Assembly (NCBI GenBank): GCA_028534125.1
Contig: CM052839.1
Location: 6,324,001 to 6,388,000 of the forward strand
From: Lama glama
Lineage: Eukaryota
Direction: 5' to 3'
Length of the DNA: 64,000 nucleotides
How positions within the stretch are numbered: position 1 is the stretch's first letter; every line of letters begins with the position of its first letter. The position numbers and the translations under genes were made by a program. This document shows positions 12,354 to 25,404 of the stretch, in pieces. Below the pieces are notes generated by a model. That model was not told where the DNA came from and ran no database searches. It saw only the letters and a program-made list of their open reading frames with translations.

Positions 12354-15300
12354 CTGGGAGGAGAAGGCAGAGGGTGCTCACTGGCACTGTCTGATGCCTG
12401 GGTGCCGCCATCCCCCCCGACCCCACCTACGTGACCCCCAGTCCCAGCCCTAGACCAGCTCTCTTTTCACCTTATAGGGCCCAGCCTGGCCCCATCTTGA
12501 GAACTCCACCCTGCCCAGTTTAGCCAGGCCACTGGGGACCCTGGAGGCCAAGCTTCCACCCGGCCCCCACCGGGGCTCCCGTGCTCACCCGGGGAATAGG
12601 ACCCCACCCCCTCACTCAGCCAATTCAGGGTTAGGGGGTGTCCAAGGCACAGAGAGGCAAGGTTCCTCCCAGGTCCCTCAGCCGGGTGGCACAGCCAAGC
12701 CTCCCACTGCCAGCCTGGACCTCTTGCCCACCTGGGGCCTAGCTCCAGACTAGGAGCTGGGACCCCAGACATGGACCCTGCCCTCAGGGGAGACCACACA
12801 GCCCACAGCCCAGGGAGTGTGTGGGCAGCCACTGAAAGCTGCAGGGAAGCCCTCTGGCTGAGGAGGGGCGGGGAGGACTCGCAGGCAACGCTCATACCTG
12901 CTCACACGCACGTGTGCACAGACCCACGCTCCCCCAGCTGTCCTCAGGAGTATAACCAGGACCCCAACTTTCCAACGCAGGAGCTGAGAGGCAGAGGGAG
13001 GCAGGGGGGCTCTGGGCCTGCCTTCTTGGGGGAAGGGGAGCCCTTGAGGCCACGTCTGCCCTTCTCCCAGCTTCCAGCCACCTCTGCTACCTCATCAGGG
13101 CTTTATATACCAAAAGGCGGCGGCAGCCAGAACAACTGGAAACTATGGGCAGCTGTGGACAGACCGAGCCATGGCTGTATGGAGGCCAGCAACCAGGGCT
13201 CCTGGTTGAGTAAGCACAACCCCCAGCCCCGCAGGCCCAGGGCCCCCGCCTCCACTTATCTCTGAGAACAGCAGGAGGCCGGGCCACAGGCCAGAGCCCC
13301 CCTGACCACTGCACGTCTGCACTGAGAAGGGCTGGGGAGAAAAGAGACAGGGGCTGCCCCAGGAGCTCCCCACGGAGGGGTCAGAGGAAGGACCGGGCTC
13401 CTGCCTTTGGGGGACTCCCAGAACTATTCCACGTGATGAGGGTGACGTCAGCCTTTAAAATGTCGACGGTCTGCATTATTGAGAATTAAGCGCTTTACTA
13501 GTTTACCCCTACTAAAGCATCGTCCCACAGGATAGGTGAGGAAACTGAGGCACAGAAGGTTAAGTCACATGTTCAGAGTCACACAACAGGGAAATGGGTG
13601 AAATTGGAATCTCCAGACAGTACAAGGGTCCCATCTGCTGGCTGGGGCTGGGGGAATGGGGGCTGGGGGGAGTGGAGTACCCCTGTGCCCCTACTCGAGA
13701 CCCAGGGCTGGGATGCTGAGGGATTTCCTGGGCTGCAGGGTCAGCCCGGCTGGTGTTCTAGCAGCCTGACAGCCCAGAGAAGCTGGTCTCCTCCTTGTTA
13801 ATACCCAGAGTGGATTCACCCTAATTACCCATAATGAAGAGACTGTGCAAGACCCAGTTAATGACTTAATAACTAGGGCGGTCTGTGACCTTGCCTTGAA
13901 GGCAGAAGCCAGGGGCCAGTCCTGGCGCTGTGGATGGCAGGGCCACCAAGTGGGACCTCCGAGGTGCCCTGACCCGGCCTCAGAGGCCCCGAGTCCCATC
14001 AGGGCCTGTGGGTGGCATGGCTGGACCTGACCTTGGGGAGCCACCCACACTCACCTCCCAGCCCCACAGCCCATTCCCGGTCCTGAGCGAGGGCTCTGTA
14101 GCCTCCTGATCTGACCACATCCCTCTCGTATAATCACCATCACCTGTGACTTCCCATGCTCAGGGGAGGAGCCAGGCCCTTCACCAGGCCATGAAGTTCA
14201 GCCCCGCCAACCCCGCCCCCCAGCCTCACTTCTCAGGAATCACCCCTCCACCCCATTCTCCAGCCACCCTAAACTACTCATGGCCCCCCAACTACATACC
14301 CTCCCTCTTCTGACTTTGGCACAGTTTTGTTGGCTGAACTAATTCCTGCCATCTCTCTAAGACTAGTTTAGATGCCTCCTTTTCCGGGAAGTCTTCCCTG
14401 ATCTCTCTCCATCCCACTACCCTCAATAAGTTAGTTGCCCCCACTCCCCCCGTCCATCCTTGTTTTAGCATTTGTCACACTAGGACTAGTTAGCTCTACA
14501 GAAAAGACACAGAAGGATGTGGATATAAGCTCCTTGGACCCACTGTGGCTGGGAGCTAAGAGCTGCTAGTTGCTGGTTCCTGCTAAGTTCCAGCCACCAT
14601 GTGAGGCTCTACAGATGGTACTTCTATCCCTGCTATCCATGCTGATCTATGACTATCATCCCATCTTACATGTGAGGAGACCCAGGTTCCAAGAAATAAA
14701 ATAACTGTTCTGCAGCACATAAGATGTCAGAGGTGAGATTTGAAATCAGGTCTATTGCCAAAAACCAAGCTGTTCTTCTACTGCAGCACCTCTGTGTGGT
14801 CCACTCTAGACCCTCAGCCTGGGGTCTGGCACACAACTAGCCCACAGTGACTTTGTGGAGTGGATATATAAGCAAAGATGGGAGAAGCTTGCCTCATCCA
14901 CTACTAGACCATGAACCCCTTGAGAGCTGGGACCATGGCCAGTCATCTCCAGAACCCAGGACAGGGACTGTCACAATTTAGGCATTGGGTAGACAGAAGG
15001 ATGAGCAGAGTCAGGAGATGGTAGGAGGGTAAAACTCCGCCTGGGTCCTGCACTGCGGGTCCCCACCTACAGCCCAGAGGAGGGCATGGATCTGTGGTAA
15101 CCACAGGGTCACTCTCTGGGAGGGAGGCCATATCAAAATGGTCATCATGAAGGTGGCAAGTGTCCACAGCAAATCGAAACACTCTTGCTTCCTCCCTGAG
15201 GCACATCCTAGCCATCTGACTAAAAGTACTCTCCCCACCATACAAATGCCACCCACAGCATTTGCCTCTGCCTCCAGGAAGCCTCCCTTGACTTCCTCTA

Positions 15301-17184
15301 CTACACAGAGTTCCTGGTAAGGGGGAGGAATGGACATATCCAGATGGGCATCCAGGCTCCCCAGGAACTCCTGAACAGTCTAGATCCCAGGAAGCTTTGA
15401 ATGCCCCCACCTCAGCACCTCAGAGCCTCAGACTTGGGTCCAAGGTAGAAGGTCAGGGAAACCCTTCCAGGGAACAGGGGCTCATATAGGCCTTAAGATC
15501 CTAGGTCAGGCCCTGCCTGAGCCTTTCTGGGTTGCTTTTCCTCTCCGAGGCCTGGTAAAGGCCACAGCCACAGGCGAGTGAGACCCCACTGGCCGCCGGC
15601 ACGGGGAGCGTGTGTCATAGCAGCTCGGCCGGGCGTCTCAGATTTTCCTCTGGGCTCCTGGCCGGCTTAGACCCACACACCCCCGCCCTTCTTCACCACA
15701 GCCTTATTTTTAGCCTCTTTCCTGGAGGCTGAGGTTTAGTGGGTCACAGGATGGGCCTCACGCCCAGGAGCAGCCTCCTATAGCTCAGACCAAGCCCACT
15801 CCACCAGCCCCACCAGCCTGGGGCAGGCAAGGTGGGGCTCCCACCCCACACGCAGCCCCCCGCATCCCACGGCCACAGATCCCAGTCCAGGCCTCTCCAG
15901 GCAGTCACCCCAAATCCACAGCCAGAATCGTCCTCTGCCCACAGGGGCCTCCTCCCTGGGCCAAGAAAACATTCTGGAAAAGCAAGAGCACCTGAATTTT
16001 CTTACCCATTGACCCTAATTACACCCCTGTCAAGCCTCCACGGGGCTTGCCTCTTGTCCCAGACCAGCTGGCCCTCCTGCCTTTCGGGGCTCTTGGCCTG
16101 GGTCAGCCGCTGGCTTGAGCTGTCCTGTCAGCATTTCCGTCACTTTTGTCCCCTATACGCCAGCCCACAGACATGCTCACCTCTCTCTCATCCTGGTGGT
16201 GAAAGCAATCCTTCTTTGTCCTCACTGCCAGCGGCTCTTTCTCACTCCCCCTACTTCACAGCTGAAGTCTTAAAAGAGTTCTCGCCCCTCCCCAACTCCA
16301 TGTCCTCACCTCCATCACCCTCTGAAACCAATCACCTCATGGTGGTCCAACCCCACAGGCTCTCTCATCCCTCAGTGACCCAGCTACCTAGATTCTGATT
16401 CCACGTCTCCACTCCCTGGTCCACTACCAGGCCGTGACACCCTCCTCGCCTCCCATGAATGGGCCCCAGCAATTCTCTCTCCACCACCTGTCCTCCTATC
16501 TGGGCTCCCTGCCTCCAGCCTCTCCCAGCCCATCCAGCATCCTTCCTGCAGCCTGGTCTCACAAACACTTGTCAACTACCTACTAAGTCCTGGGTTGGGG
16601 CTTCAGACGCCACAAGATAGTTTCTGGACTCAAGGAGCTAAGGCCATGACCCAGTGGTTGCTCAAATCTGCTCGGGCTCAGAGGTGCCCAGGAGTTCTTC
16701 AGCATGCACTGGCCCAGGCCCCTGGGTCAGTACTACTGCTACCAACAACAACAATCATATGGGTATTAACACATATTGAGTGCTTACTACACGCCAGACA
16801 CTGTTCTGAAAGTGTCACCTGTGTCAGTTCACTGAGTGTGGCTCCCCACTGCCACACAAATTAAGCCCAGACTTCTAGCATTTGCGGCCTCCAGATCTGC
16901 ACAATCACCCTGTGCAGAGGCAGGAGCGAGGAATCTATTTACACATTGCCCAGGTAATTGGAAACCACTGGTCTGGATGGTCTGAGGCCCCCGTGACTTG
17001 TGCATTACAGCCCGCAGGTCTCCAAGCCTTGACTACACCTGTATCCTCTTCCTGGGCTGTTCCTTTCCCCCTGCTGAGATCCATCTCATCCAGGGTAGGC
17101 CACCTGGTTCCCAAGCTCACTCCCCCAAGCACAGTCATCATCACCCCATGTTCACCCTGCCTCTCTCAGAGCAGCAGGCAGCAT

Positions 17185-17340
17185 AGCTGAATTCCCAAGA
17201 GCATGGGCTCCAGAGCCAGAGCATCTGGGTTCAAATCCTGGCTTTGCCACCTTCCCTGCTGTGTGACCTTAGGCAAGTTACTTAACCTCTCTGTGCCACT
17301 TTCCTCCTCTGTAACATAGATTATGGGAACTCCCACTTCT
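17185..17340 (+). mobile_element. MIR
   Basis: CTGGGTTCAAATCCTGGCT...CTGTGTGACCTTAGGCAAGTTACTTAACCTCTCTGTGCC. Confidence 0.85.
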
Positions 17341-20300
17341 GTTCTTTTCTCCAAAATGGGGGCAGATGGCTAGAAGGACGGGGCCTAGGGATCTGAAAGG
17401 ATGGGTGATGCCTGCCATTGGCTAGTCCCTCTTGGAGGGACCCTGGTCCCCCTGTGGAGGCCTCAGAGCTGGCTCACTCTGGAAGTCTCACTCCTGCTCC
17501 AATGCTGGGCTACAGCTCCCGCCCCAGTAATTATAGGGGCCTGAGGGCCTGGCTCTGCTGACCTGGCTCTGGATGGCTAAGGCTGGGAAACCACAGCCTG
17601 GCCCCGCCAGCACTTCCCCCCACCCCCCCGAGCCTAAGGGGATCAGCCAAGGCAGGGCTGTCAAGCGCACTCACGTCTACCTGCCTCAGAGCTTCCACAG
17701 GGCAAGATCCTGCCCCTGGCCCCCAGGGACAAGCCGAGTGGCCTCCAGGACCATCCGGCCCCCACTCGGAGCCCCAGGTTGCCCGCTTGAGTGTGACATC
17801 CCTGCTGGGTCCATCCTAAGTCTTCATCACATTTGTTCTACATATGCCAACCCTCCTACCCCCATGTCAGCGCACAAACCTGGGCCATCAATGGCAGGAC
17901 AACACAGTGGTCATCTCTGCAGGGACCGTGAGGATGGGACCCCCAGCCCCAAAGCCTCAACCCTCAGAGAGGCCCCACCCTGTCCCTAGAGAACCTAGCT
18001 TCCAAACTCGTCCCCATAAAGAGGACCCCAAAGCACCTCTCCCTGACCAAGAGCCCTGCCCGCAGACCCCATCAGTCCAAGAGTAGAACCACCCCAGAGC
18101 TCAGAGAGCCCTGCCCCCACTCCCCACCAAGCCTCTCTGCCCGGAGTGGGCGGCAACAGGCAGCCGGGCCTCTGGCCTGTGGTTCTAGTCTATCATTTGG
18201 GGCCGGCTTTCCTGGAACCAGACTCGGCCTTAGCAATTTGGGGGCTTTGCACGGCCACTCCTTTCCCATCTCAGCCTCCCCAGCCCTATCCTGGCTCAGG
18301 GACTCCCAGGACCACCAGGGGCCGGAGACAAGGTGACCACACCCTTATCTGGACCCATGGAGGGCGTGGCCTATGTGGACACAGACCTACGATAAGGTGG
18401 GGGGTGTGGGGAGAAAGGGGGTGGAGAGAGATAAGAGACCTCAGATCAGCGTAGCTCAAGCCCACGAACCCTCAGCCTTCCCTCGTGTGCTGCTTCAGGG
18501 CCGAGGCGACCTGCTCCCACTTCTCAGATGGAAAATTGAGATTCAAAAGGTGAAAGAAACAAAGGCCACAGACAGAACCAGGCAGGAGCTAGGCTGAGCT
18601 GGCCTCCAAGCTCCCAGACCTGGCCTGTGCTCCCTGTCTTACCCCAAAAAAGGCCAGAAAGAGGCAGTTCTCAACATGCACACCAACCGCCCTCACATGG
18701 GTGTTGGAAACACTGTGACTGAGTAACACCCTCCCTCCCCAGGCACCGTCCTTTACAGTTTCCAGAGCTTAATCGTGCTCCTTGCCACGTGGGACTCCAT
18801 CTGGCAAGTCCATGCTGGGCAGAGAAAGGACCATGAAGACCCCATGGGGCTACCAGGTTGTGGGTGGGAAGGGGAGACCCCAGCAAGGTCTCCATGGAGG
18901 CAAAGAACAGAGGACAAGCAGGAGGCCAAGACCCCACCTCTAGCCTCCAAGCTCTGGCTACTGCATCCTTCTCACTTACTTCTTGCTGTGATGTATCTTA
19001 CCTGAGACTCCTCTCACCAATCCCCCAACACCAGGAGAGGCCCAGGCCCGGAGCGGACCAGCATCCGGCTTCACATCTCCTCACAGAGTAACCTGAGGAC
19101 AGCCCTTCGCCTCCAGTGCCCTGTCTGTAGAATAGACCAGGCAAAGCCACCACAGTGCCCTCCTGCATGTACAGGAGCCATTCTGCCCAGTGTGGGGAAA
19201 GGAGGCCCCACGATCAAGGCTCCGGGCTGGACAGACAGGGACCATACGGACCACTGCCGCTACTTCCTTCCCGGAGACGCGAGGCCTGCAGCTTGTTGTG
19301 TGCCCCGCTCAGGACCAAAGGGCAGCACCACGAAAGAAGCCCCAGCCTCGGCTACGGGCGCCTGGTCTTGTCCAGGGTTGTCCAAACCTACCAACACACC
19401 TTCAGCCCAGAAGGATGGGCTTTGGGTCAGGCAAGGCTGAGTCAACACAATTCTGCTACTCAGTTGGCCAACGAGGGCCAGGCTTGTGCCAGCTCCCCAC
19501 ACATATTGGGGCCACAGAGATGACCAGGCTCAGCCCCTTGAGGCTGCAGGGAGAAGCCACCCTACCTTGGAGTAGATGCAGTGATGGTGGGACAGGGAGC
19601 TGTTGAAAACCAGGAGTTAGGTGCCCAGCTCAGCCCAGAGAGTTGGGGAAAACTGCCTGGAAAGAGGGCAGAGGCACCACTGAGACCAACCAGGAGATAC
19701 GAAAGATGGCTGCTATAGCAGCTGGGAACAGACCTGCTTATCCCGGGAAAGGCACGTGCAGGCAGAGCCGGGGGCCAGCAGACAAGAGTTCCTGAGACCA
19801 AGTCCTGTGCCCCATACAACCCTTGGGAGCAAGTCTCTGACCACAGAAAGAGAGGAACAGAATCATCAATCTTGGATTCAGGGCTCAGAGAGGATCAGGA
19901 TCTGCCTCAGGTCACACAGCCATTCTGACAAAGCCAGGAGCAGGAAGCTCAGCCCAGGAGACATTCAGAGCCCAACAGGGAACGCAGCCCCAAGAGCCTG
20001 GGGAGCAAGACAGTGTCCTCTTTCCCGTCTTCTACCCTCAGGATTTCAGGCCCCCACACAAGGGCAGAAACAAAAGCCATTTCCTGTCTGGGGAAGGGAC
20101 GCGGAACTCCTCCTCTCTGAGCAGCTCTGACGCAGGAGGCCTCGCTCTCAGACCAGCCTGCACCCTGCAGGCTGTGGCCCTCCTGCCCCATTCACAAAGT
20201 GGGAAACTAAGGCACAGGCTGGGCCAGTCACTGGTCCTAAGTTCCAGACTAAGGTAGTGAGTTTCAAGGCGCTTCTCTGACAGGTCAGCGGCACTGCCGA

Positions 20301-22109
20301 GGTGCTGGCAGAACCAGCCGAAAGATGCCTGAGGAGCAAGAAAGGAAATGGGCAGCTGGTGGTTAGTCACTGGGGTGCTGGCATTCCAGGCCGGCCTGCG
20401 GTGCACCTGGGCATGACCTACCAGACAGGCATTCTGGAATGTGGCCTTGGGACACCCCGCCCCGCAGACCTTACATGGTGCTGACCTGGCAGTGGCCAGG
20501 GCAGGGCCACTCCAGGGGCCAAAGCCACCTGAGGGGGCGGGGTGGGAGCGGTGTTGATATCCTTATCCACAAAGATAGCCACGGAGTTTGGGGCTTGACT
20601 TGGCTTCTACGCACCCGCTGACATTGTAAAAGGCCCTGGGCCTCCGTTTCCCCAGCTGTTAGCTCTAGATAGACTCAACCAAGCAGATAAAAAAAGAGCC
20701 AAGAGCCCGTGCCTGCAGCCCCTCCTGCCCCCAGCTCAGGTGTTTGGGGAAGGTCCCATTCCTGCCAGGCCTCTGTTCTGGGCTGGATCCCTGTACTCCT
20801 CTCTCCTTCTGGGTTTATGTTAGTGAGTGGTTGCCATGGATACCAGTCTCAGCTTCTTTGGCAGAAAAGGACTCCCCTAGGGTAGGGCTCTGCCTGTCCT
20901 CACCAGCCCCCTGCTCTGCCCAATTTCAAGTGCCTGGCTGGCCAGGGGGCTGGATCAAAGGAAAAGGCAATAGGTCTCAGGAAGGCAACAGGTGTCCCAG
21001 AGAAATTGAGGGAGGATCTCTGCTCTCAAATAGCCATTCACCAACCATGAACAGGGCCTGCGCCAGCTCTCTCTGGCTGGGCCTGGTTCCAGAGCAGAAT
21101 GCTGCCACCTATACCCTCAGCTCGATTTCCATTTCACAGATGGAAGAATGGGAGCCTAGGGGCACAGGCAGCCCTGGCACCAGGACGCAGGGCTGGGAAG
21201 CAGGGACCCAGGACCCTTGCCTGAGGAGCTCCCTCCTTCCCCTGACCTGGCAGCCATGAGTGGGCTCAGAATGGAAAGTAGGTGGCTGCCAGGCTGGAAG
21301 AGGCCATGGGAGCAGGAGCCACGTGCCCTAGGGGAGCTCGAACTGCCCTGTTTAACTGAGCTGAAATTCATCTGCCCAGAGGGCTTTTGCCCATGGCCAG
21401 CAGAATCTCTGAGTTTCCAGGCCAGAAGCAGGGCGCCTGCTTTCACCTTGACCGAGAGAAGACAGCACTGGGGGTTCTGGTCCTGCACTGCTGCTGTGTG
21501 ACCTTGTATGAGTGCCAGCGTTCTCCTGGCATCAGTGTCCCCGTCCACCCAAAGAGGTGGAGGGAAGGACTAAGAGGTGATTTCTGGGCTACTTCAGTTT
21601 CATCCAACTGAAGCAATGCTCAGTAAGAAAAGCAAGAGTCAGAGCCTGGCCCTTCTCACCTGCTTTTCAGACCTGCTGCCCTCAGGGGGTTCTCATGGGG
21701 AGGAGGAGAGGCCATAATTAGCCGGATCACAGGGTGGCAGGGTGGCGCTGGGAATGCTAGAGCAAAGGCAGAACCTACTGGAGTTCCCAGGATGAAGACC
21801 AGCGCTGGTGAAGAAGGGAGGGGTTCGCCAAAGCATCCCAAAGGGGACTGTCAGAAACTGAGAAACAGGAGGACACCATGGCCAGGGCACAGCTTGGGCA
21901 GAGGCATGGAAGAGCAGTCTGCTGACATTTGTGAAGCTCTCCTAGGAGTCTGGCCTTTTCCCCCGCTCTTAAGAGACAGTCTTAGTTATGCTACACATCC
22001 CGGGAAGTGGAGGGATGAAATGACCACTCAGAAAGCTCAAGCAACATCCCCAAGGTCGCTCTCAAGAGCCTGGACTTGAACACTGGCATCAAAGACTCTA
22101 GACCTTCAC

Positions 22110-22413
22110 CGTCCACCATGGTGTCCCCTAGCCACTGTGGCCGTTGGGCACCTGAAATGCAGCCAGTGCAAACTGACATGTGCTGTAAATGTAAAACACA
22201 AACTGGGTTTCAAAACTCAGTAAGAAAAGTGGGCAAAATATCCCATTGATAGCTTTTCTACTGATGATATGTTGAAATATGTTAGATATATTGAGTGCAA
22301 TAAGACACATTATTCATTCATATCTCCTATTTCTTTTTACTTTTTTAATGTGGTTACTAGAAAATTTTAAGTTCCAGCCATAGCTTGCATTATATTCCTT
22401 TTGGACAGAGCTG
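22110..22413 (-). mobile_element. MER33-type hAT-Charlie DNA transposon
   Basis: TTTTTAATGTGGTTACTAGAAAATTTTAAG...TTGCATTATATTCCTTTTGGACAGAGCTG matches the recalled MER33 reverse complement. Confidence 0.78.
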
Positions 22414-24839
22414 GTCTATACCATGAAGACAGAAATGCACAGGCTTAAAGGAAGAGAGTAGGAACTTCCCCCATTTTTGATGGGGTGCCAGGACCAGATG
22501 GTGAGGTTCTCAGGGATCAGGGGGGTGCAAATATCAAAGGTGACTGAGCAGTGGAGTGTCTGCATGCCCTCCTCTGCCCCAGCTGGCCAGCCAGCAACAG
22601 GTGGGATGACCACTCCCCTGCTGTGTCCCCCAAACCCCTAAGACACGTCAAGCCACAGTAGTTGCCATAGAGATAGTAAATCTTCCTGAAAACAGCTTGG
22701 CAGCAAGGGGCTGGTGGTAGGAGAGTCTACCATAAAGAGAGAGGGAGGGAGCCAGGCTTATCCGGAGAGGAAATCTGTGATGCTGTGAGTTGGGGGCGGG
22801 GTGGTGCACGAGCTCCCACCCTAGCAGGAATGGGAAGGATGCATGGTGTTTGCACAGAACTTTCCGGGCCTTCCTCTCTACTGCCCCACCCCCCTTACCA
22901 AGTCACCAAAAATTTGCTATGTTTTTCTCCCATTCTGACTCTCGGACCCAAGTGGGGGTGGAGGCAGAAAAGCACTAGGCCTCCCTGATCCCACCCTCCC
23001 ACCTCAGCCCCTAGCAGTTTCCCTAAGAATAAGGCGAGGGGAGGGTCAGGAGGCTGAAAAAAATGTTTCAAGTTGTTACAGAAGCAGACCATTCATTGCC
23101 CAGCTGAGAGGGTGGAAAACACGGAGATCTCACGCCACTTTGCAGTGCACTCTCCGGACCACCTTGGACAAGGGTCGCCAGTTGCCTCGGTTCCCCAGTC
23201 TGTGTACAGAAGTCCATATTGAACTAACTACAGGCCCCCGATGTTCTCTGACTTCTCTCCACTATGTGGTGACACCTAAGCTCCCAGGTCCCAGGCAGCA
23301 TGGCCCAAGCATGACAGAGCCTGGTGCATTTGGGTGATGCTGGGTATTCCTGTTCACCAGACCCAAGTAAGAGCCTTTTGGGGACAGCCCAACCCAGAAA
23401 CTGGTGCCACTGGTACCCATTTCCAACTCCCCGCAGGAAGAGATAGAGAGAAAAGGGGTCTTGAAAGTGGGAGTCGGGGGAGGGGGAAGCCTCTACGCTT
23501 GCATCAGAATTCTCCCTTCCACTTGACACAAAACCCCATTCAACAGAGGGGGTGATTGAGTCCTGGGGAAGGGGACCCAGATGGCGTATGGTTTATGCCA
23601 GGGATCTCCTCCCTCCATAAGCACAAAGTTTTCTTTAGAGTCAGTCCCAAATTCCACCCGCTATCTTTTTTTTTTTTTTTTTCCTCCTTGCAGTTTCAGA
23701 TTTTACTAAGCTGTGGTTAGGCAGGTTCTGGCCAGCATGCCAGGTACACAATCACTGCTCTCCTGTGGCAGAGAGCCTCCACAGGCTAGCTTGGCCAAAG
23801 TCCTTTTCTCCCCAGGCTGCACCATTCCCACCGAGGGGCAGCTCAATTTAGGGAAAGTTCCATACTCACAGACCCCTGAGAACTGGGGGAGGGGAGCTAG
23901 CAGACTGGAATCCCAGAACACCCTTCCATCGCCAAAGGGACCAGGGATCAACCACCTCACGAGGGGGGAAACAGACCTAAACACAAGCTAAGACCCGCCC
24001 AAGGTCACACACCAAGCACAGGAGGAGCAAATGTGGGACGAGAAGAGAACTCAGTTGTTCTATCGACCCGCAACCCTTCCCCAAGGCTGGTTCCAGGAGA
24101 TGCTCACAGAGGATGAGGCAGCCCCTCTCTATCCCTAGTGGCCTGCGCCCTACCCCAGGCCCCAAGCGACATGGAGCAGGAAGAGGCGTCTTCAGGCCTC
24201 TCGCAGGGGCCAGCTGCAAACCGCATCCTGGGTCCCCAGGCGCCGCGGACCCGCCCCGCCCCTCCCTCCGCTTCGCTCGTCTCCCCGCAGCCCCAAGCCT
24301 TTGTCAGCCATGCGCTCACACACACACATATCACCGCCGCCCGCGCGCACACACTTGGTCTCCTCGGGAGCACACCCGCAAGGGGCGCGCGCACTCGCCG
24401 CACGCACGCAGGGGAGTGGAGGTGGCGGAGGAAGGAAGGAACTGACGGCTACTGACAGACAGACCGCCTAGGCTGGGGGAAGGGGAGGAGAGGCCCGGGA
24501 ACCTGAGGCTGGGCGGGAGAGGGCGCGGAGGCCAGAACGCAGAAAGGCGCAAAGGAGACTCGGAAAAGAGGACAACGGATGAGATGTCAAGGGCTGGCGA
24601 GGATGCGCCGGCTACTCCAGAGGTGGGGACTCTCCCAACCCCTAGTCTGGGGGTGCAGGGGGCAGTCCTTAAATTGAACCCATGGAACATGGGGCATCAC
24701 TTGCCCAGTTGTGCCTAAGCGGAGGACCCTTAGGGGCCCCCCGAAAGGCTTGGATATAGGGAGCCTCGGACCAAAGGCTCCCCGGGCTACCTCAAGGTAG
24801 AGGGTCCTGGTTCTCGGGCTGGGTGGGGCACTTGCTCAC

Positions 24840-25102
24840 CTGCTACGGTGTACCTGTCCAGGTAGTTGAGCACGTTGCCCAAGCTGAGGATGGCGGCGGC
24901 TGCTCCCCGCCCGCGGCCCAAGCTGGCTGGTTTGGGCTGCTGAACGCCGGGGCCCTTGCCAGCGGCTGCACTGCTTGGGGTGCTAGGGGTGCTGGGGGTG
25001 CTGGGGGGTCCGGACGGGGCCCCCCTCACGCTGCCCGACAGCGTTTGCACTTCATCGTCTGCAGCCGCGACTCCAGCGGCGCTCGCTGCCCGCGCCCCAC
25101 AG
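24840..25102 (-). CDS. SPNS2: SPNS2 coding exon 1, visible part; the N-terminal ~39 codons including the ATG fall in the gap 25103-25266
   Basis: Translates [33 protein letters not shown]...[35 protein letters not shown], matching mammalian SPNS2 N-terminus/TM1 with the spinster NYLDR motif. Donor GCAG|gtgagc at 24840/24839, phase 1. Confidence 0.97.
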
Positions 25103-25266
25103 NNNNNNNNNNNNNNNNNNNNNNNNNNNNNNNNNNNNNNNNNNNNNNNNNNNNNNNNNNNNNNNNNNNNNNNNNNNNNNNNNNNNNNNNNNNNNNNNNN
25201 NNNNNNNNNNNNNNNNNNNNNNNNNNNNNNNNNNNNNNNNNNNNNNNNNNNNNNNNNNNNNNNNNN
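25103..25266. other. Assembly gap (164 N) over the SPNS2 start codon
   Basis: Run of N inside exon 1. Confidence 0.99.
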
Positions 25267-25404
25267 CTTGGGCCCACTCAGTGCGTGCGTGCGCCCCGGA
25301 GCCGCCGCTGCACCATCCCGGCCGGGCCCCGTCGGCTCCTGCGCTCCGGCCCGGCTGCGGCTCTGCCACGGTTTCAACGAGACAAGCCGCTGTCGCCGCT
25401 GAGA

